From Octopus sinensis (lineage: Eukaryota), in assembly GCF_006345805.1 (NCBI RefSeq), contig NC_043005.1:48794001-48858000 (forward strand): 64,000 bases of DNA. Reading direction: 5' to 3'. Position 1 is the first letter of the stretch; each line of letters opens with the position of its first letter. The notes under the pieces were generated by a model, which made no database searches, was not told the DNA's origin, and was given only the letters and a program-made list of their open reading frames with translations. The position numbers and the translations under genes were made by a program. Positions 39,691-53,369 of this stretch are shown here, one piece after another.

Positions 39691-40030
39691 CTCTTGCACC
39701 TATTTATTCATTACTCTCACATGCATGTAATCACACATGCATACACATTCACACCTACACATAAACACACATAGATATGTGCATGCAGATATATGCACGG
39801 GCAAAAATGGTTTATTACATAGGTGTAAGGTCACCAATACCCTAAAATGAATGAGTAATACTTTAGTTTGTGTATCAAGGACTATCTTCTCTTATCCTAA
39901 ATGCAAGCATGCATGTGTGCAAGCAAGTTTGTTTTCTATGCATGTATGCCCGCACAGATGGATGGATGGATGGATGGATAGGTAGCTATTTGTATGTGTG
40001 TATGCTTGTGTATGTATATATTTTTTTTTT

Positions 40031-40310
40031 CTGACCAGTCCATCAGATGTAGTTACACATCGCTGGTCACAATGCATTCGCATTGTTTTAGCCTTCGAAT
40101 GACGCCACCCTACTGGCTAAGCGAGCAGGCCAACAGAAGAAAGAGTGGGAGAAAGAGTGGTGAAAGAGTATAGCAGGGATCACCCCCCCCCCCCTGCCGG
40201 AGCCTTGTGGAGCTTTTAGGTGTTTTCGCTCAATAAACACTCACAACGCCCTGTCTGGGAATTGAAACCGTGAGTCCGCTGCCCTAACCACTAGGCCATT
40301 GCGCCTCCAC
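40031..40310 (-). mobile_element. tRNA-derived SINE family C
   Basis: Minus head GTGGAGGCGCAATGGCCTAGTGGTTAGGGCAGCGGACTCACGGTTTCAATTCCC (A/B-box-like). Confidence 0.75.
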
Positions 40311-40487
40311 GTGTATGTATATACATAACTTTATTCAAATGCTGTAGATTCTCCATTTTCTCATTTAGCTTTCTACTGGCCAAAACTTATACACACACAC
40401 ACACACACATATAGATGTATGTATGTCTGTATATTGATATACACACACACATGTATATGCTTACAAGCATATAGATACATGCATATG

Positions 40488-40560
<73 letters not shown>

Positions 40561-40839
40561 AGAAAGAAGGAGACAGAGACAGAAAGAAGAGTGAAGTGCA
40601 TATTGTTCATTGAAAGTTGGGTCCATATAAGTTATTACTCACAGTAATGGAAAACTCTGAGTAACTCATGTGAGTCAGAAACAGCTTTGAATTTAAAATA
40701 TTATTCAACTCTACTTCACTGTATTGAGTACTTCCTTCCATTTAATTGCAACTTCACCAGTGAGATACTAAAAATATATGATATATATATGCATGTATGT
40801 ATGTATGTATGTATGTATGTGTATACTTATATATATATA

Positions 40840-41069
40840 TTTCTTTACTACCCACAAGGGGCTAAACACAGAGGGGACAAACAAGGACAGACAAAGGGAT
40901 TAAGTCGACTACATCGACCCCAGTGCGTAACTGGTACTTAATTTATCGACCCCGAAAGGATGAAAGGCAAAGTCGACCTCGGCGGAATTTGAACTCGGAA
41001 CGTAACGACAGACGAAATACGGCTACGAATTTCGCCCGGCGTGCTAACGTTTCTACCAGCTCGCCGCCT
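40840..41069 (-). mobile_element. SINE family A, full-length young subfamily
   Basis: CpG-rich; near-identical to the reverse complement of 45865-46088. Confidence 0.9.
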
Positions 41070-41084
41070 TATATATATATATAT

Positions 41085-41340
41085 ATATTTGTGTATGTGT
41101 GTGTGTGTGTGCATCTGTATTTGTCTTTTGTGTTGTGGTTTTCCCCCACCACCACTTGATATCCAACATTGGTTTGTTTATGTCCATGTAACTGAGCAGC
41201 TCAGCAAAAGAGACCAACAGAGTAAGTACTAAACTTAGAAAATATGTCCTGGGGTTGAATTGTTTGACTAAAAATCTCTTGAGCAGAGTGCTGCAGCATG
41301 ATCATGATCACAGTCCAATTACTGAAACAAAAAGTAAAAG
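41085..41340 (+). mobile_element. SINE family B, 3' half
   Basis: CCCCCACCACCACTTGA...GCAAAAGAGACC...GACTAAAAATCTCTTGAGCAGAGTGCTGCAGCATG; this is an 'empty' MITE site. Confidence 0.75.
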
Positions 41341-41507
41341 ATATAATGTGAATGTGTATATGTGTGTGTGTATATATATACCTGTGGGAGGGGCTTCCTT
41401 GCCCGGATTGGCCTCACCAGCCACCTCCGGTCTCATGGCGGCAGTTCCATCAGATGATGTCAGTTGGTCATCTTCGAACCGAAGGACGAACATATTATTA
41501 TATATAT

Positions 41508-41560
<53 letters not shown>

Positions 41561-41619
41561 TAATAAAACATATGCATATATATATACATATATGTACGTA
41601 CCTACCTCTACATGTATAT

Positions 41620-41950
41620 ATACACACAATATGGGTACAGGACACCAAAAAAACGTCGAACACAATGAGAAACGAAAATATAAACACAAAACCAAGGAAC
41701 TGGACATTTTTCTTAAACAACAAAAAAATAGAGTACAGGACAAATAACACAAGGAAAATTCCCCTTCTTCAGTCGCCATGGTTTCATCTACTCTGCGTTT
41801 CGAAGGTGAAGGCGATACGCATCTTCAATAGAAACTTTCCTTCCTGCGAAAAGAAAATCAAATTAAATTTGAGATCTTTTTGCAGAGGGGTAAAAATGGT
41901 AACAAAAACAGGACAGTAACGACAGTACAAAATATAAACAGTAAAAGACA
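41620..41950. mobile_element. Unclassified interspersed repeat, possibly a Penelope-like terminal region
   Basis: Purine-skewed sequence between microsatellites, with CTTCAG...GCGTTTCG motifs. Classification is inference only. Confidence 0.3.
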
Positions 41951-41970
41951 GGACAAGGAGAATAACATAT

Positions 41971-42010
<40 letters not shown>

Positions 42011-42013
<3 letters not shown>

Positions 42014-42146
42014 TCATCATCATCGTCGTTTAATGTCCGCTTTCCATGGTAGCATGGGTTGGATGATTTGACTGAGGTCTGGTGAACAGATGGCTGCACC
42101 AGACTCCAGTCTGATCTGAGAGAGTTTCTACAGCTGGATGCCCTTC
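42011..42146 (-). mobile_element. RTE 3' tail copy (very short)
   Basis: (CAT)nCGTCGTTTAATGTCCGCTTTCCATGGTAGCATGGGTTGG...GGATGCCCTTC. Confidence 0.8.
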
Positions 42147-42211
42147 ATATATATATATATACATATATATGTATATATATACATATATATGTATATATAT
42201 ACATATATAAT

Positions 42212-42745
42212 GAGGGTATGTGGCTCAGTGGTTAGGGTATTTAGCACAGGATCATAAGGGTATGAGTTTGATTGCCAGGAGCATGTTGTATCCTTGAGCA
42301 AGACACTTTTCTTCACATTGCTCCAGTCCACTCAGCAGACAAAAATGACCTGTACCTGTATTGCAAAGGGTCAGCCTTGTCACACTCTGTGTCATGCTGA
42401 ATCTCCCTCAGAACTGCATTTACCCTTTCGTTACTGTGTTTATTTTGAGATGCTCTGTGTTTCTTTCAATTACTTTAAATATAAGAAAGAATTTAGTGAA
42501 ATTACTTAGTTTTCATTAAGCTAGTGTTAGGAATATAAATTGTGACTAAAGTTTGATGGAAGATTTTAATTCAAAACTTATGAAAATAAGACATTTGTAC
42601 CCAGAGCCAGAGCTGGTTTCAGCCAGGTTGGTTTATGAAAGGGTTAAGGGCATGCATGTCTGTGAAGTGCTCAGCCACTTTCACATTAATTTCACAAGCA
42701 GACAATTCCATTGATCGGATCAATTGGAACCCTCATCACCAGAAC
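42212..42745 (+). mobile_element. SINE family C split by a piggyBac-like MITE
   Basis: Head GTGGCTCAGTGGTTAGGG...CCTTGAGCAAGACAC; the body resumes after the MITE (GGGCATGCATGTCTGTGAAGTGCTCAGCCAC). Confidence 0.65.
42423..42643. mobile_element. piggyBac-like MITE
   Basis: Termini CCCTTTC / GAAAGGG flanked by TTTA and TTAA; TTAA is the piggyBac TSD. Confidence 0.7.
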
Positions 42746-42802
42746 TGACGGAGTGCCATGATATCTCTATATATGTGGATGTATATCCATATATGTGTGT
42801 GT

Positions 42803-42855
<53 letters not shown>

Positions 42856-43499
42856 TGCATACAAAGGTTTTATATGTGTGGTTATATTTATATTTTATTT
42901 TCTGGGAATGGAATATGCTTAGGCTATCTTTATTACTTTCTCCTGTTTATTTATTTATTTATTTATTTATTTATCTATCTATTTATTCATTTATTTATTG
43001 CTTATTTTCGTCCAAAGAACCCAAGATTAGTCAGCATACCAAGTGCATTGTACCACACAGAGATTTGCTAAGACAGATTTACAGTATTTAGCAGATGGCC
43101 TTAAGAGAAAACTGCCAACAACAACAACAGCAACAACAACAACAACAATAATAACAGCAACAAAAGATACAGAAAGTAAATAAAGAATAAAAATCTTTCC
43201 CTTACCTTCTCAGTCTCTCAACTAAGCTTCCTCCTCCCACCACATAGTTTAGCTCTCTCTCTCTCTTTTTCTTCTTTTTCATCTTCTTCTTCTTCTCTTT
43301 CTTCATGAACAAGAGAACATGCTGGCTGGTCTTGCTCACTGCCACCAATATCATCAGTATGGCTTTATTTCTCCTTCAGCTCAGGCCACAGTCCACTATA
43401 GCCATTATCGCAGCACTGGCTACTGCTGCCGCTGCTGTCGCTGTCGATGGTGTCGCCCGGTACCGATGCTGCTGCTGCTGTTGCCCATTTGCTGCTGAT

Positions 43500-43539
43500 G
43501 ATTAACATTAAGATAACAATGATGATGAGGAAAGTGATG

Positions 43540-43575
<36 letters not shown>

Positions 43576-43884
43576 TAACTGCTATAAATGATGGAGAGGC
43601 TGATGATAATGATGCAGCGACTGTTACTGACTATGATGATAACGATGATTATGAGGATACTTATAACTGATGATGGTGGTGGTGGTGGTGGTGGTGGTTA
43701 TGGTGATGGTGGTGGTGGTAGCAGTCAGGAAACCGCTGCTGCTACTGATGATGATAGTGATGTGGTCACTTTTATGGCTGCTGTTGTTTATGATAGTGGT
43801 GATGATGATGATGATGATGACAACGACGCTGATGACGACGGTGATGATGATGATGATGATGATGACGAAGACGACGACAACGAC

Positions 43885-43915
<31 letters not shown>

Positions 43916-44079
43916 GTGATGATGACGTTGATGGTGATGGTTAGGATGATGCTAATGATAATATTACCATTGCTATGGATGCTGTTGTGCCTCTGATTAT
44001 GATGATCATGATGATGATCATGACAATGGAAAAAACAACAAAATCATCTACTTCTGCTATTACTACTAGTATTAACAAC

Positions 44080-44120
<41 letters not shown>
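43500..44120. repeat. (GAT)n/(GGT)n/(GAC)n/(AAT)n trinucleotide block
   Basis: Direct inspection. Confidence 0.9.
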
Positions 44121-44123
<3 letters not shown>

Positions 44124-44129
44124 CAATGG

Positions 44130-44330
44130 TTTCAAATTTTGCCAAAAGGGCAACCATCTTGGGGGAGGAGATGTGTCAATTACATCGACCCTTGCGTTCA
44201 ACTGGTACTTAATTTATCGACCTTGAAAGGATGAAAGGCAAAGTCGACCTCAGTGGAATTTGAACTCAGAACATAAAGACAGACAGAATACCACTAAGCA
44301 TTTCACGCAGCGTGCTAACGTTTCTACCTT
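44130..44330 (-). mobile_element. SINE family A
   Basis: Reverse family A motifs (GGTACTTAATTTATCGACC...GGAATTTGAACTCAGAAC). Confidence 0.8.
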
Positions 44331-44659
44331 CTAATAATAATAATAATAATAATAATGATGATGGTTTTACTATCACCTCTACCATAACATCATTCACCTT
44401 CACCACTACCACCTCCACTACAACAACCACCACCAATACCTAACCAGCAATACCATTACTACTACCAACATCCAACAATCACCAAATCAGCAATCGCCAC
44501 TAACGACAACCACAACAACACCAAAAGCTAAAGCCAGTACTTTCTGTGCTGCACATTCTGTATGAAACATTAATAATTCAACTCAAAAGAAGGTTTAATA
44601 TTTCTAATGACAGGAATAAATATATCTTAATAACACAACGAAAGACATTAAACGCTAGG

Positions 44660-45175
44660 TGCATATGTGGTCGTGTGGTTATGAAGTTTGCTTCCCAACC
44701 ATGTGGTTTTGAGTTCAGTTCCTCTGCGCAGTACCTTGGGCAAGTGTCTTGTGTCTTCTACACTAGCTACTGGCCAACCAAAGCCTTGGGAATGGATTTG
44801 GTAAATTTGGTAGATAGAAACTGAAAGAAGCCCACTGTATTAGGCCAGTCAAAGCCTTGTGAGTGGGTTTGGTAGACAAAAAAACTGAAAGCCCGTCATA
44901 TATATAAATATATATATGCATGTGTGTGTGTGTATTTATATGTGTGTGTGTGTGTGTGTGTATATTTATGTGTGTGTTTTTGTGTCTGTCTTTGTCCTCC
45001 CCACTATTGCTCAACAACTGATGTTAGTGTGTTTATGTACCCGTAACTTAGCAGTTCAGTAGAAGAGACCAATAGAATAAGCACCAGGCTTACAAAGAAT
45101 AAGTCCAGGGATCAATTTCTCTGACTAAAAGGTGGTGCTCAAGCATGGCCACAGTCAAATGCTTGGAACAAAAGA
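44660..45175 (+). mobile_element. SINE family B, full length with an internal duplication
   Basis: Head at 44665-44750, duplicated CCAAAGCCTTG...GGTAG...GAAACTGAAAG segment, tail GACTAAAAGGTGGTGCTCAAGCATGGCCACAGTC. Confidence 0.8.
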
Positions 45176-45189
45176 ATATATATATAAAT

Positions 45190-45227
<38 letters not shown>

Positions 45228-45236
45228 GCATACACT

Positions 45237-45266
<30 letters not shown>

Positions 45267-45267
<1 letters not shown>

Positions 45268-45850
45268 CATCATCATCATTTAACATATGTTGTCCATGCT
45301 GGTATGGGTTGGATGGTTTGACCAGAGCTGGCAAGTTGGGGAGCTACACCAGACTCCAGTCTGATTTCACATGGTTTCCATGGCCAGATGCCCTTCCTAA
45401 TGCCAACCACTTTACAGAGTGTGCTGGGTGCTTTATACATGGGACCGGCACAGGTGCTTTTATGTGGCACCACATGAGTATTTTTATGTGACACCACATG
45501 AGTGCTTTTATGTGATGCTGCATGGGTGCTTTCATATGGCACTGCACAGGTGCTTTTACGTAGCACCACACAGGATCTTGTATACAGCACCCCACAGGAT
45601 CTTGTCTATGGCACCACTACAAGTGCTTTCCATAACCAGAGGGACCAACCTTAACACTTCTGCTGCAGAGTACAGGTCTTCTTGAGTACAGTAGGCTGCC
45701 AGGCATCTTGGTCCTTTGTCATCTCACTTGAAAGGTTCAGTGTCCTGAGATCATTCTTTAGTACTTCATCGCATGTCTTCCTGGGTCTCTTGGTTCCACG
45801 TGTTCCATCTACTTTGAGAGGCTGGCACTTCTTTATGGAGCTGTCGGCAT
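45267..45850 (-). mobile_element. 5'-truncated RTE LINE: ORF2 C-terminus, 3'UTR with a 24-bp tandem array, (GAT)n tail
   Basis: ORF 45651-45866 KKCQPLKVDGTRGTKRPRKTCDEVLKNDLRTLNLSSEMTKDQDAW (RTE C-terminus) is contiguous with the tail motif. Confidence 0.85.
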
Positions 45851-45864
45851 ATTTATATGTATGC

Positions 45865-46088
45865 AAGGCGGTGAGCTGGCAGAAACGTTAGCAGGCTGGG
45901 CGAAATGCGTAGCTGTATTTCGTCTGCCGTTACGTTCTGAGTTCAAATTCCGCCGAGGTCGACTTTGCCTTTCATCCTTTCGGGGTCGATAAATTAAGTA
46001 CCAGTTATGCACTGGGGTCGACGTAATCCGTTTGTCTGTCCTTGTTTGTCCCCTCTGTGTTTAGCCTCTTGTGGGTAGTAAAGAAATA
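45865..46088 (+). mobile_element. SINE family A, full-length young subfamily
   Basis: AGGCGGTGAGCTGGCAGAAACGTTAGC...GGGTAGTAAAGAAATA. Confidence 0.9.
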
Positions 46089-46099
46089 TATATGTATGT

Positions 46100-46335
46100 A
46101 AGTGGAGGTGGTGGGTGTGTGTCTTTGTGTCTGTGTTTGTCCCCCACCACTGTCTGACAACCAGTGGTGATTTGTTTACATCCTGTAACTTAGCGGTTCA
46201 GCAAAACAGAGCAATAGAATAGATACCAGGCTTCAAACATGCAAAAAAAAGAAAAGTTCATTTGGCTAAAATCTCTTCAACAAGGTGGTGCTCCAACATG
46301 GCCACAGTCTAATAACTGAAACCAGTAAAAGATAA
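46100..46335 (+). mobile_element. SINE family B, 3' half
   Basis: GTGTCTGTGTTTGTCCCCCACC...GGTGGTGCTCCAACATGGCCACAGTC. Confidence 0.75.
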
Positions 46336-46779
46336 AGTTACAGATCCGATCCAGTCAATGATTTGAAACAGTTCATACTTTCTATCAAGTATTGGTTTTC
46401 TCAAGAACTGTAGGCAGTCATTTGGACAATTTCTGCCTCTCTACTCAATCACAGGATTCTTCTATAAGACAATCTATTAAACCATGTGACTGAGTTTTAA
46501 ACATGCATCTTTTCACATTAGCTTAGCGTTGCTGACTCTTTTTTTTTATTACTGATAGAGTTGCTGTAATCTTCATTAATCTTCCCTCTTCCATTATCTA
46601 TTTACTCTGGTCTTACATTAAAATGTATAGACTTAGTCAATGCTTAAGTTTTGGGACTTGGGCAGGGGATTTAACTTTGAAGTTACAGTCATTGTGTTTC
46701 TGTTATACATAAATATATATGCATATGTATGCATAAATGTGTGTGTGTATATATTATATATATATATATACACATAGGA

Positions 46780-46933
46780 AGGGCATCTTGGCATTAGGAA
46801 GGGCATCCAACCGTAGAAACATTGCCAGATCAGACTGGGCCTGGTGCAGCCTTCTGGCTTCCCAGACCCCAGTCGAACCGTCCAACCCATGGGAAGCTGA
46901 CGCTAAACGAAGATGATGATGAAGATGATGATA
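46780..46933 (+). mobile_element. RTE 3' tail copy
   Basis: TTGGCATTAGGAAGGGCATCC...GACGCTAAACGAAGATGATGATG. Confidence 0.85.
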
Positions 46934-46971
46934 CATAAACAAATATAATATATATATATACGTATACATAC

Positions 46972-47002
<31 letters not shown>

Positions 47003-47029
47003 ATATATATGCATATATATATATATATA

Positions 47030-47088
<59 letters not shown>

Positions 47089-47489
47089 CATATATACATG
47101 TTATGTGTGTGTGTCTTATACATATACATGTATGTGTATATTCATACATATATATATATATATATACATATATATATACACACATACATACTTATTCATA
47201 TCAAATATTTAATTACAATCACAGTTTTATATACATTAGTATATGGCCAATTGGATTGATGTCTGCCTATAAGAAAAAAAAAAAAGATCTACCCTCCGGT
47301 AGCAAAAGGTTTATTACTCGTGTATCAAATACCATGGCTACTTCATATACTCGTCATTCACACATCTGATCCAGCAGCATTATATTGTACAGATGGGCAG
47401 ACCAATGTGTACGGCATATGAAAACATTAATAAATCTTCATTAGATGAGACGAAGCAGTTAGATGAGTTTGTGGTGGGAATATGATGAC

Positions 47490-48700
47490 AACCATCATGG
47501 TGGTGGTGGTGGTAGTGGTGGTGGTGATGATGATGATGATGAGGAGGAGGAGGAGGAGGAGGAGGAGCGGTCATGAGGATTCCTACTATCATCATGAATA
47601 TGATGAAAGTTATGATGATTATGTTGAAGCTGATGATAATGAATGATGGCCATAATGATGATGATGAGGAAGATTTGATGGTGGTGGTGGTGGTGGTGGT
47701 GGTGTGGCTGTTCTGCTGCTGATGATTATGATGTTCTTTATCCGAAGTTCGTAACAACTGTGACCAGCTTGCCGGTTTGTATATCCTAGCCTCCAATATA
47801 AATCCTTTCTAAATTTAAAGCAGGTGAGGCATGGCTATTAACTGACCTTAAGGGATTTGGCTGCTATTTCTAAAGGATTGAGTAACCATGTAGAGTTCAT
47901 CCTGTTTGCTCAATGGTACTACTGGTATTGCTTATGATAAAGGTGGTGGTGGGGGGTGAAGGTGGTGCTGATAGTGGTGGTGGTAGTGGGCGTGGGGGTG
48001 GCAGCAGTGGTGATGGTGATGGCAATGATGACGATGAAATGATGATGTTGGTGGTGGTGGTGGTGGTGGTTGTGATGATGATGATGACGACGAGGATGAT
48101 GATGTGGTGGTGATAGTGGTGGTTGTGGTTGTGGTGGAGTTGGTGGTTGTGGTGATGATGACGACGAGGATGATGATGGTGGTGGTGATGGTGATTGTGG
48201 TGGTGGTGGTGGTGGTGTTGGTGGTGGTGTTGGTGGTGGTAGCGATGATGATGATGACGACGAGTATGATGATGGTGGTGGTGATGGTGATGGTGGTGGT
48301 TGTGGTGGTGGTGGTGGTGGTGGTGGTGTTGGTGGTGGTATGATAATGTTGTGGCAATGGTGATGATGATCACAAAAGTGATGATAATACGATGATGTTG
48401 GTGGAAGTAATGATGATGGTGATGATCGTGGTGGTGGTGGTGGTGGTGGTGGTACTGCTGCTGCTGCTGGTGCTACTGCTGACGACAATGACAATGAGGA
48501 TAACGAAGGGAGAATGGTGCAGGTGACTGAAAATTTTTGGTGACAGATGAGATAATAGTTGATGATGCAATAGAGTCACCGATGGGTGAGATGATATTCG
48601 GGATCATCGGTCTAGAATGCAGCACAATGGATGAGAACAACAATAAGGATGACGATGATGATGATGATGATGATGATGACAGCGATTAAATTAATTACAG
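47490..48700. repeat. (GGT)n/(GAT)n/(GAG)n low-complexity block
   Basis: Direct inspection; source of the poly-H/P/T/V ORFs. Confidence 0.9.
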
Positions 48701-48759
48701 TGATGACGGCATTTCTGTCAACGATTATGAAGATGTTGATGAAATTGTGATTGGCTTTG

Positions 48760-50200
<1,441 letters not shown>

Positions 50201-50739
50201 TTTACAGATAGCTTTCTTTCACCTATTTCTCAAATATATCAACATGCTCAGTTAATACTGTACAGAACATAAAAGATTCAATTTGAGTGAGGAAATTCTC
50301 TTCTACTCTTTCAATATATTAGCGCTATTAGACCGGTATGCTGGCGGAAGCTGTAGAGCATCAGCCTAAATGCTTCAATGGCAATTGTGTGCTTATGCTT
50401 ACTGTCTTGGATAGTCTCCGAGTTCAAATACAATCTTCAGCTATTTTTTAATATCATTTTTTTTTTTTTTGCTTCCCTTTGTTGCTCAAAAAATAATGAT
50501 GAAATGAATGCTAAAACCAGATGGTATATTCTGTCTTTTACTTGTTTCCAGTTATTGGATCATGGTCATGCTGGAGCACTGCCTTGAAGAGTTTCAGTCA
50601 AATGAATCGATCCTGGAATTTTTTTTTTTTTTTCTGTTAAGTCTGGTATTTTTATTGCTCTCTCATGCTGAACTGCTTAGTTACAGCAATATAAACAAGC
50701 CAACTCTGGTTATCAAGCAGTAGGGAGCAGAGAACAAAC

Positions 50740-51240
50740 ACAAACATATGCATGTGTGCATGTGTGTCTTTGTGATTGTGTTCATTCCCCTACCTTTGCT
50801 TGACAGCCGATGTTGGTTTGTTTACATCCCTCAACTTTACAATTGGCAAAAGAGATTGACAGAATAGGCACCAGACTTAAAATTTATACTGGTGCCAATT
50901 TGCTATACTAAACCAGTGGTTATCAACTATTTTTCACCTAGGGACACCTTTGATCCCTATTTTAATCAGGTGGACCCTTATTACCATTCCATGGTTTTAA
51001 AAAGTTTTATATTTTTTTATAATTAAATATCATAAGGAATTTCATTAAAAAAATTGTCTCGAAATTTTGTCTATTGTAGAAGTATAAACCAAATTCTTGC
51101 ACTTGAATTTTAACAGCAAAATCTTATATAGACCCCTAAGAGTTACAAGGACCTCAATTGAGAACCACTGGTCTAGACACATCAAGGCAGTGCCCTACCA
51201 TCGCTACAGTCCAATGACTAAAACAAGAAAAACATAAAAG
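50740..51240 (+). mobile_element. SINE family B 3' half interrupted by a hAT MITE
   Basis: Tail sequence stops at ...TACTAAAC and resumes after the MITE as GTCTAGACACATCAAGGCAGTGCCC...CAGTCCAATGACTAAAACAAG. Confidence 0.75.
50914..51170. mobile_element. hAT (Buster-type) MITE
   Basis: TIRs CAGTGGTTATCAAC / ATTGAGAACCACTG; flanking 8-mers TACTAAAC / GTCTAGAC, both nnnTAnnn. Confidence 0.85.
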
Positions 51241-51291
51241 AAAAAAGGTAGAAACAGAATAACCTCTGCCAAAGCAACCCAGGTGGTGCAT

Positions 51292-51462
51292 AACTTAGTG
51301 GTCAGGGTGTTGGACTCATGATCGTAAGATTGTGGTTTTAGTCCTTGGACCAAGTGACGTATTGTGTTCTTGAGCAAAACACTTCATCTCATGTTACTCC
51401 AGTTCATTCAGCTGGTAAAAGGAGCAATCCTGAAATGGACTGGCATCCCATCCAGGTGGAGA
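51292..51462 (+). mobile_element. SINE family C, 5' part
   Basis: tRNA-like head, CTTGAGCAAAACACTT, then CCTGAAATGGACTGGCATCCCATCCAGG, which resembles the V/Meta-SINE central domain. Confidence 0.7.
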
Positions 51463-51483
51463 ATATATATATTTATATATATA

Positions 51484-51705
51484 CGTCTGTGCGGGTGGCA
51501 CGTCTGTGCGGGTGGCACGTAAAAAGCACCCACTACACTCACGGAGTGGTTGGCGTTAGGAAGGGCATCCAGCTGTAGAAACATTGCCAGATAAGACTGG
51601 AGCCTGGTGCAGCCTTCTGGCTTCCCAGATCCCCAGTCGAACCATCCAACCCATGCTAGCATGGAGAACGGACGTTAAACGATGATGAAGATGATGATGA
51701 TGATA
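51484..51705 (+). mobile_element. RTE 3'UTR/tail copy
   Basis: GGTGGCACGTAAAAAGCACC...GGTTGGCGTTAGGAAGGGCATCC...GGACGTTAAACGATGATG; begins with a 17-bp duplication (ACGTCTGTGCGGGTGGC x2). Confidence 0.85.
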
Positions 51706-52129
51706 TATATATTTGCGCCATGAGATCGGGAAACCAGCCGTTATGAGTTGAGAAGGTAACTTTACTTTTTTATGATTAAAGCAACCCAAGGACCAGTTGG
51801 TGGTGTTAATTTGGCTGAAGATTTAAGTCTTTTAGCCAAGAACTTAGAATGAAGGATGTGGTGGTGGTGTGTGTGTGTTTGGAGGGAGAGGTGTTAGCCA
51901 GAACAGATACTCAAAGTTATGTTGTCCTGTTCTCAAACAGTTTTCTTTGTCGTGCTTTCCTTCAATATCGACCCATTACTAGGATTTAGGAAAATCTGTT
52001 TGCTTTAGTTTGTTAACTGTTTTCTTTCTGTTTCCCTTTGCTAGTAATTTTCTGAGTGGTGATGGTGATGGTGGTCGTAGTAGTAGTAGTAATAGTAGTA
52101 GCAGTAGCAGCAGCAGCAGCAGCAGTAGC

Positions 52130-52178
<49 letters not shown>

Positions 52179-52219
52179 ACAATCATAATAATAATAATAA
52201 TAATAATATTAATAATAAT

Positions 52220-52276
<57 letters not shown>

Positions 52277-52324
52277 TGGTAATAATAATAATGATAATAA
52301 TAATAATGATAATGATAATAATAA

Positions 52325-52530
52325 GAATCCTTTCTATTATAGGCACAAGGCCTGAAATTTGTGGGGAGGGGGATAGTCGATTACATCGACCCCAGTACTT
52401 GACTGGTACTTAATTTATTGACCTTGAAAAGATGAAAGGCAAAGTCCATGGGGGAATTTGAACTCAGAATATAGTGGCAGGCAAAATACTGCTAAGCATT
52501 TTGTCCAGTGTGCTAATGTTTCTGCCAGTT
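52325..52530 (-). mobile_element. SINE family A
   Basis: Reverse family A motifs. Confidence 0.8.
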
Positions 52531-52701
52531 CGTAGAGTAATAACAACAACAACAACAAAACAAACAATGACAATGATAATGATGATGATGATGATGATTT
52601 GAAAAGTTGGTGATGATAACTTCTGTGCTAATGGCAGCGATGCTACCAAGAAGAGAAGGGGAGCAGGAGGGGAATAGAGAGAAGGAAGGAGGAGGGGGGA
52701 A

Positions 52702-52732
<31 letters not shown>

Positions 52733-52981
52733 AAGCAAGAAGGCTGCTGATGAAGGCAGAAACAGTGAAAGTATAGTGCTAAACTAGACCCCTCGTGTTC
52801 AGTTACATCTCTTTTACATTACAGTGAGTTCAAATCCCACCATGGTCGTCTCTACCTTACATTTGGTTTACCTGGGATGGAAGGTAAAGAAAGTGCCACC
52901 AGTCAAGTTCTTAGGTTAACTACAACCCAACTAGTATCTTGGCCAACAGAAATGAATATACAGAGAAAAAACATTCATTAA

Positions 52982-53369
52982 ACCTTTAGCATTTAAACTG
53001 GTCATGACCAGCTTAAATATTCTAGCTCTTCTATGTTCAAACAAGCCATATCTGGTCTCTCACACCTATCTTACAATGTCGTTATAAAAATAAACAATCA
53101 TGTGATTAAAGTTTTGGAGTGATGAGATAATGTATTTCACTATATCTGGGGAAAATCATACTGCCTTAATATCTTACACACTCACCAGTTACATTTCCAC
53201 TCTTTTATTATTTATAGTTTTCCTTTCCAAAAATTTGTTTCAACACATGAATGCACATAAAGAAACTTGCAAACCAGAAACAAAAATGAAGGAGATAATA
53301 TATGATTAATTTAAAACAATGAAAATAAATGAGCATTATATTTGACTGAGTAATTTGAATGCAAAAGGG
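52982..53369. mobile_element. piggyBac-like MITE, probably with a ~145-bp internal insertion
   Basis: TTAA|ACCTTTAGCATT ... AATGCAAAAGGG|TGAA; GAGATAAT occurs on both sides of the putative insert (~53145 and ~53294). Confidence 0.6.

Noticed and set aside
40250-40310. tRNA-like sequences at SINE heads (also 1931, 23270, 42212, 51292 and family B heads)
   Set aside because: No complete cloverleaf or terminator; they run into SINE bodies and are repeated.
43588-43944. 118-aa acidic Asp/Gly-rich ORF resembling shell-matrix or acidic proteins
   Set aside because: Built entirely from (GAT)/(GAC)/(GGT) repeats within a larger trinucleotide block; no signal peptide or splice evidence.
47395-47487. 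Short ORF MGRPMCTAYENINKSSLDETKQLDEFVVGI* after a possible acceptor
   Set aside because: Weak pyrimidine tract, no donor, no recognisable homology.
47380-48494. His/Pro/Thr-rich ORFs of up to 191 aa
   Set aside because: Frame-independent products of the (GGT)/(GAT) low-complexity sequence.
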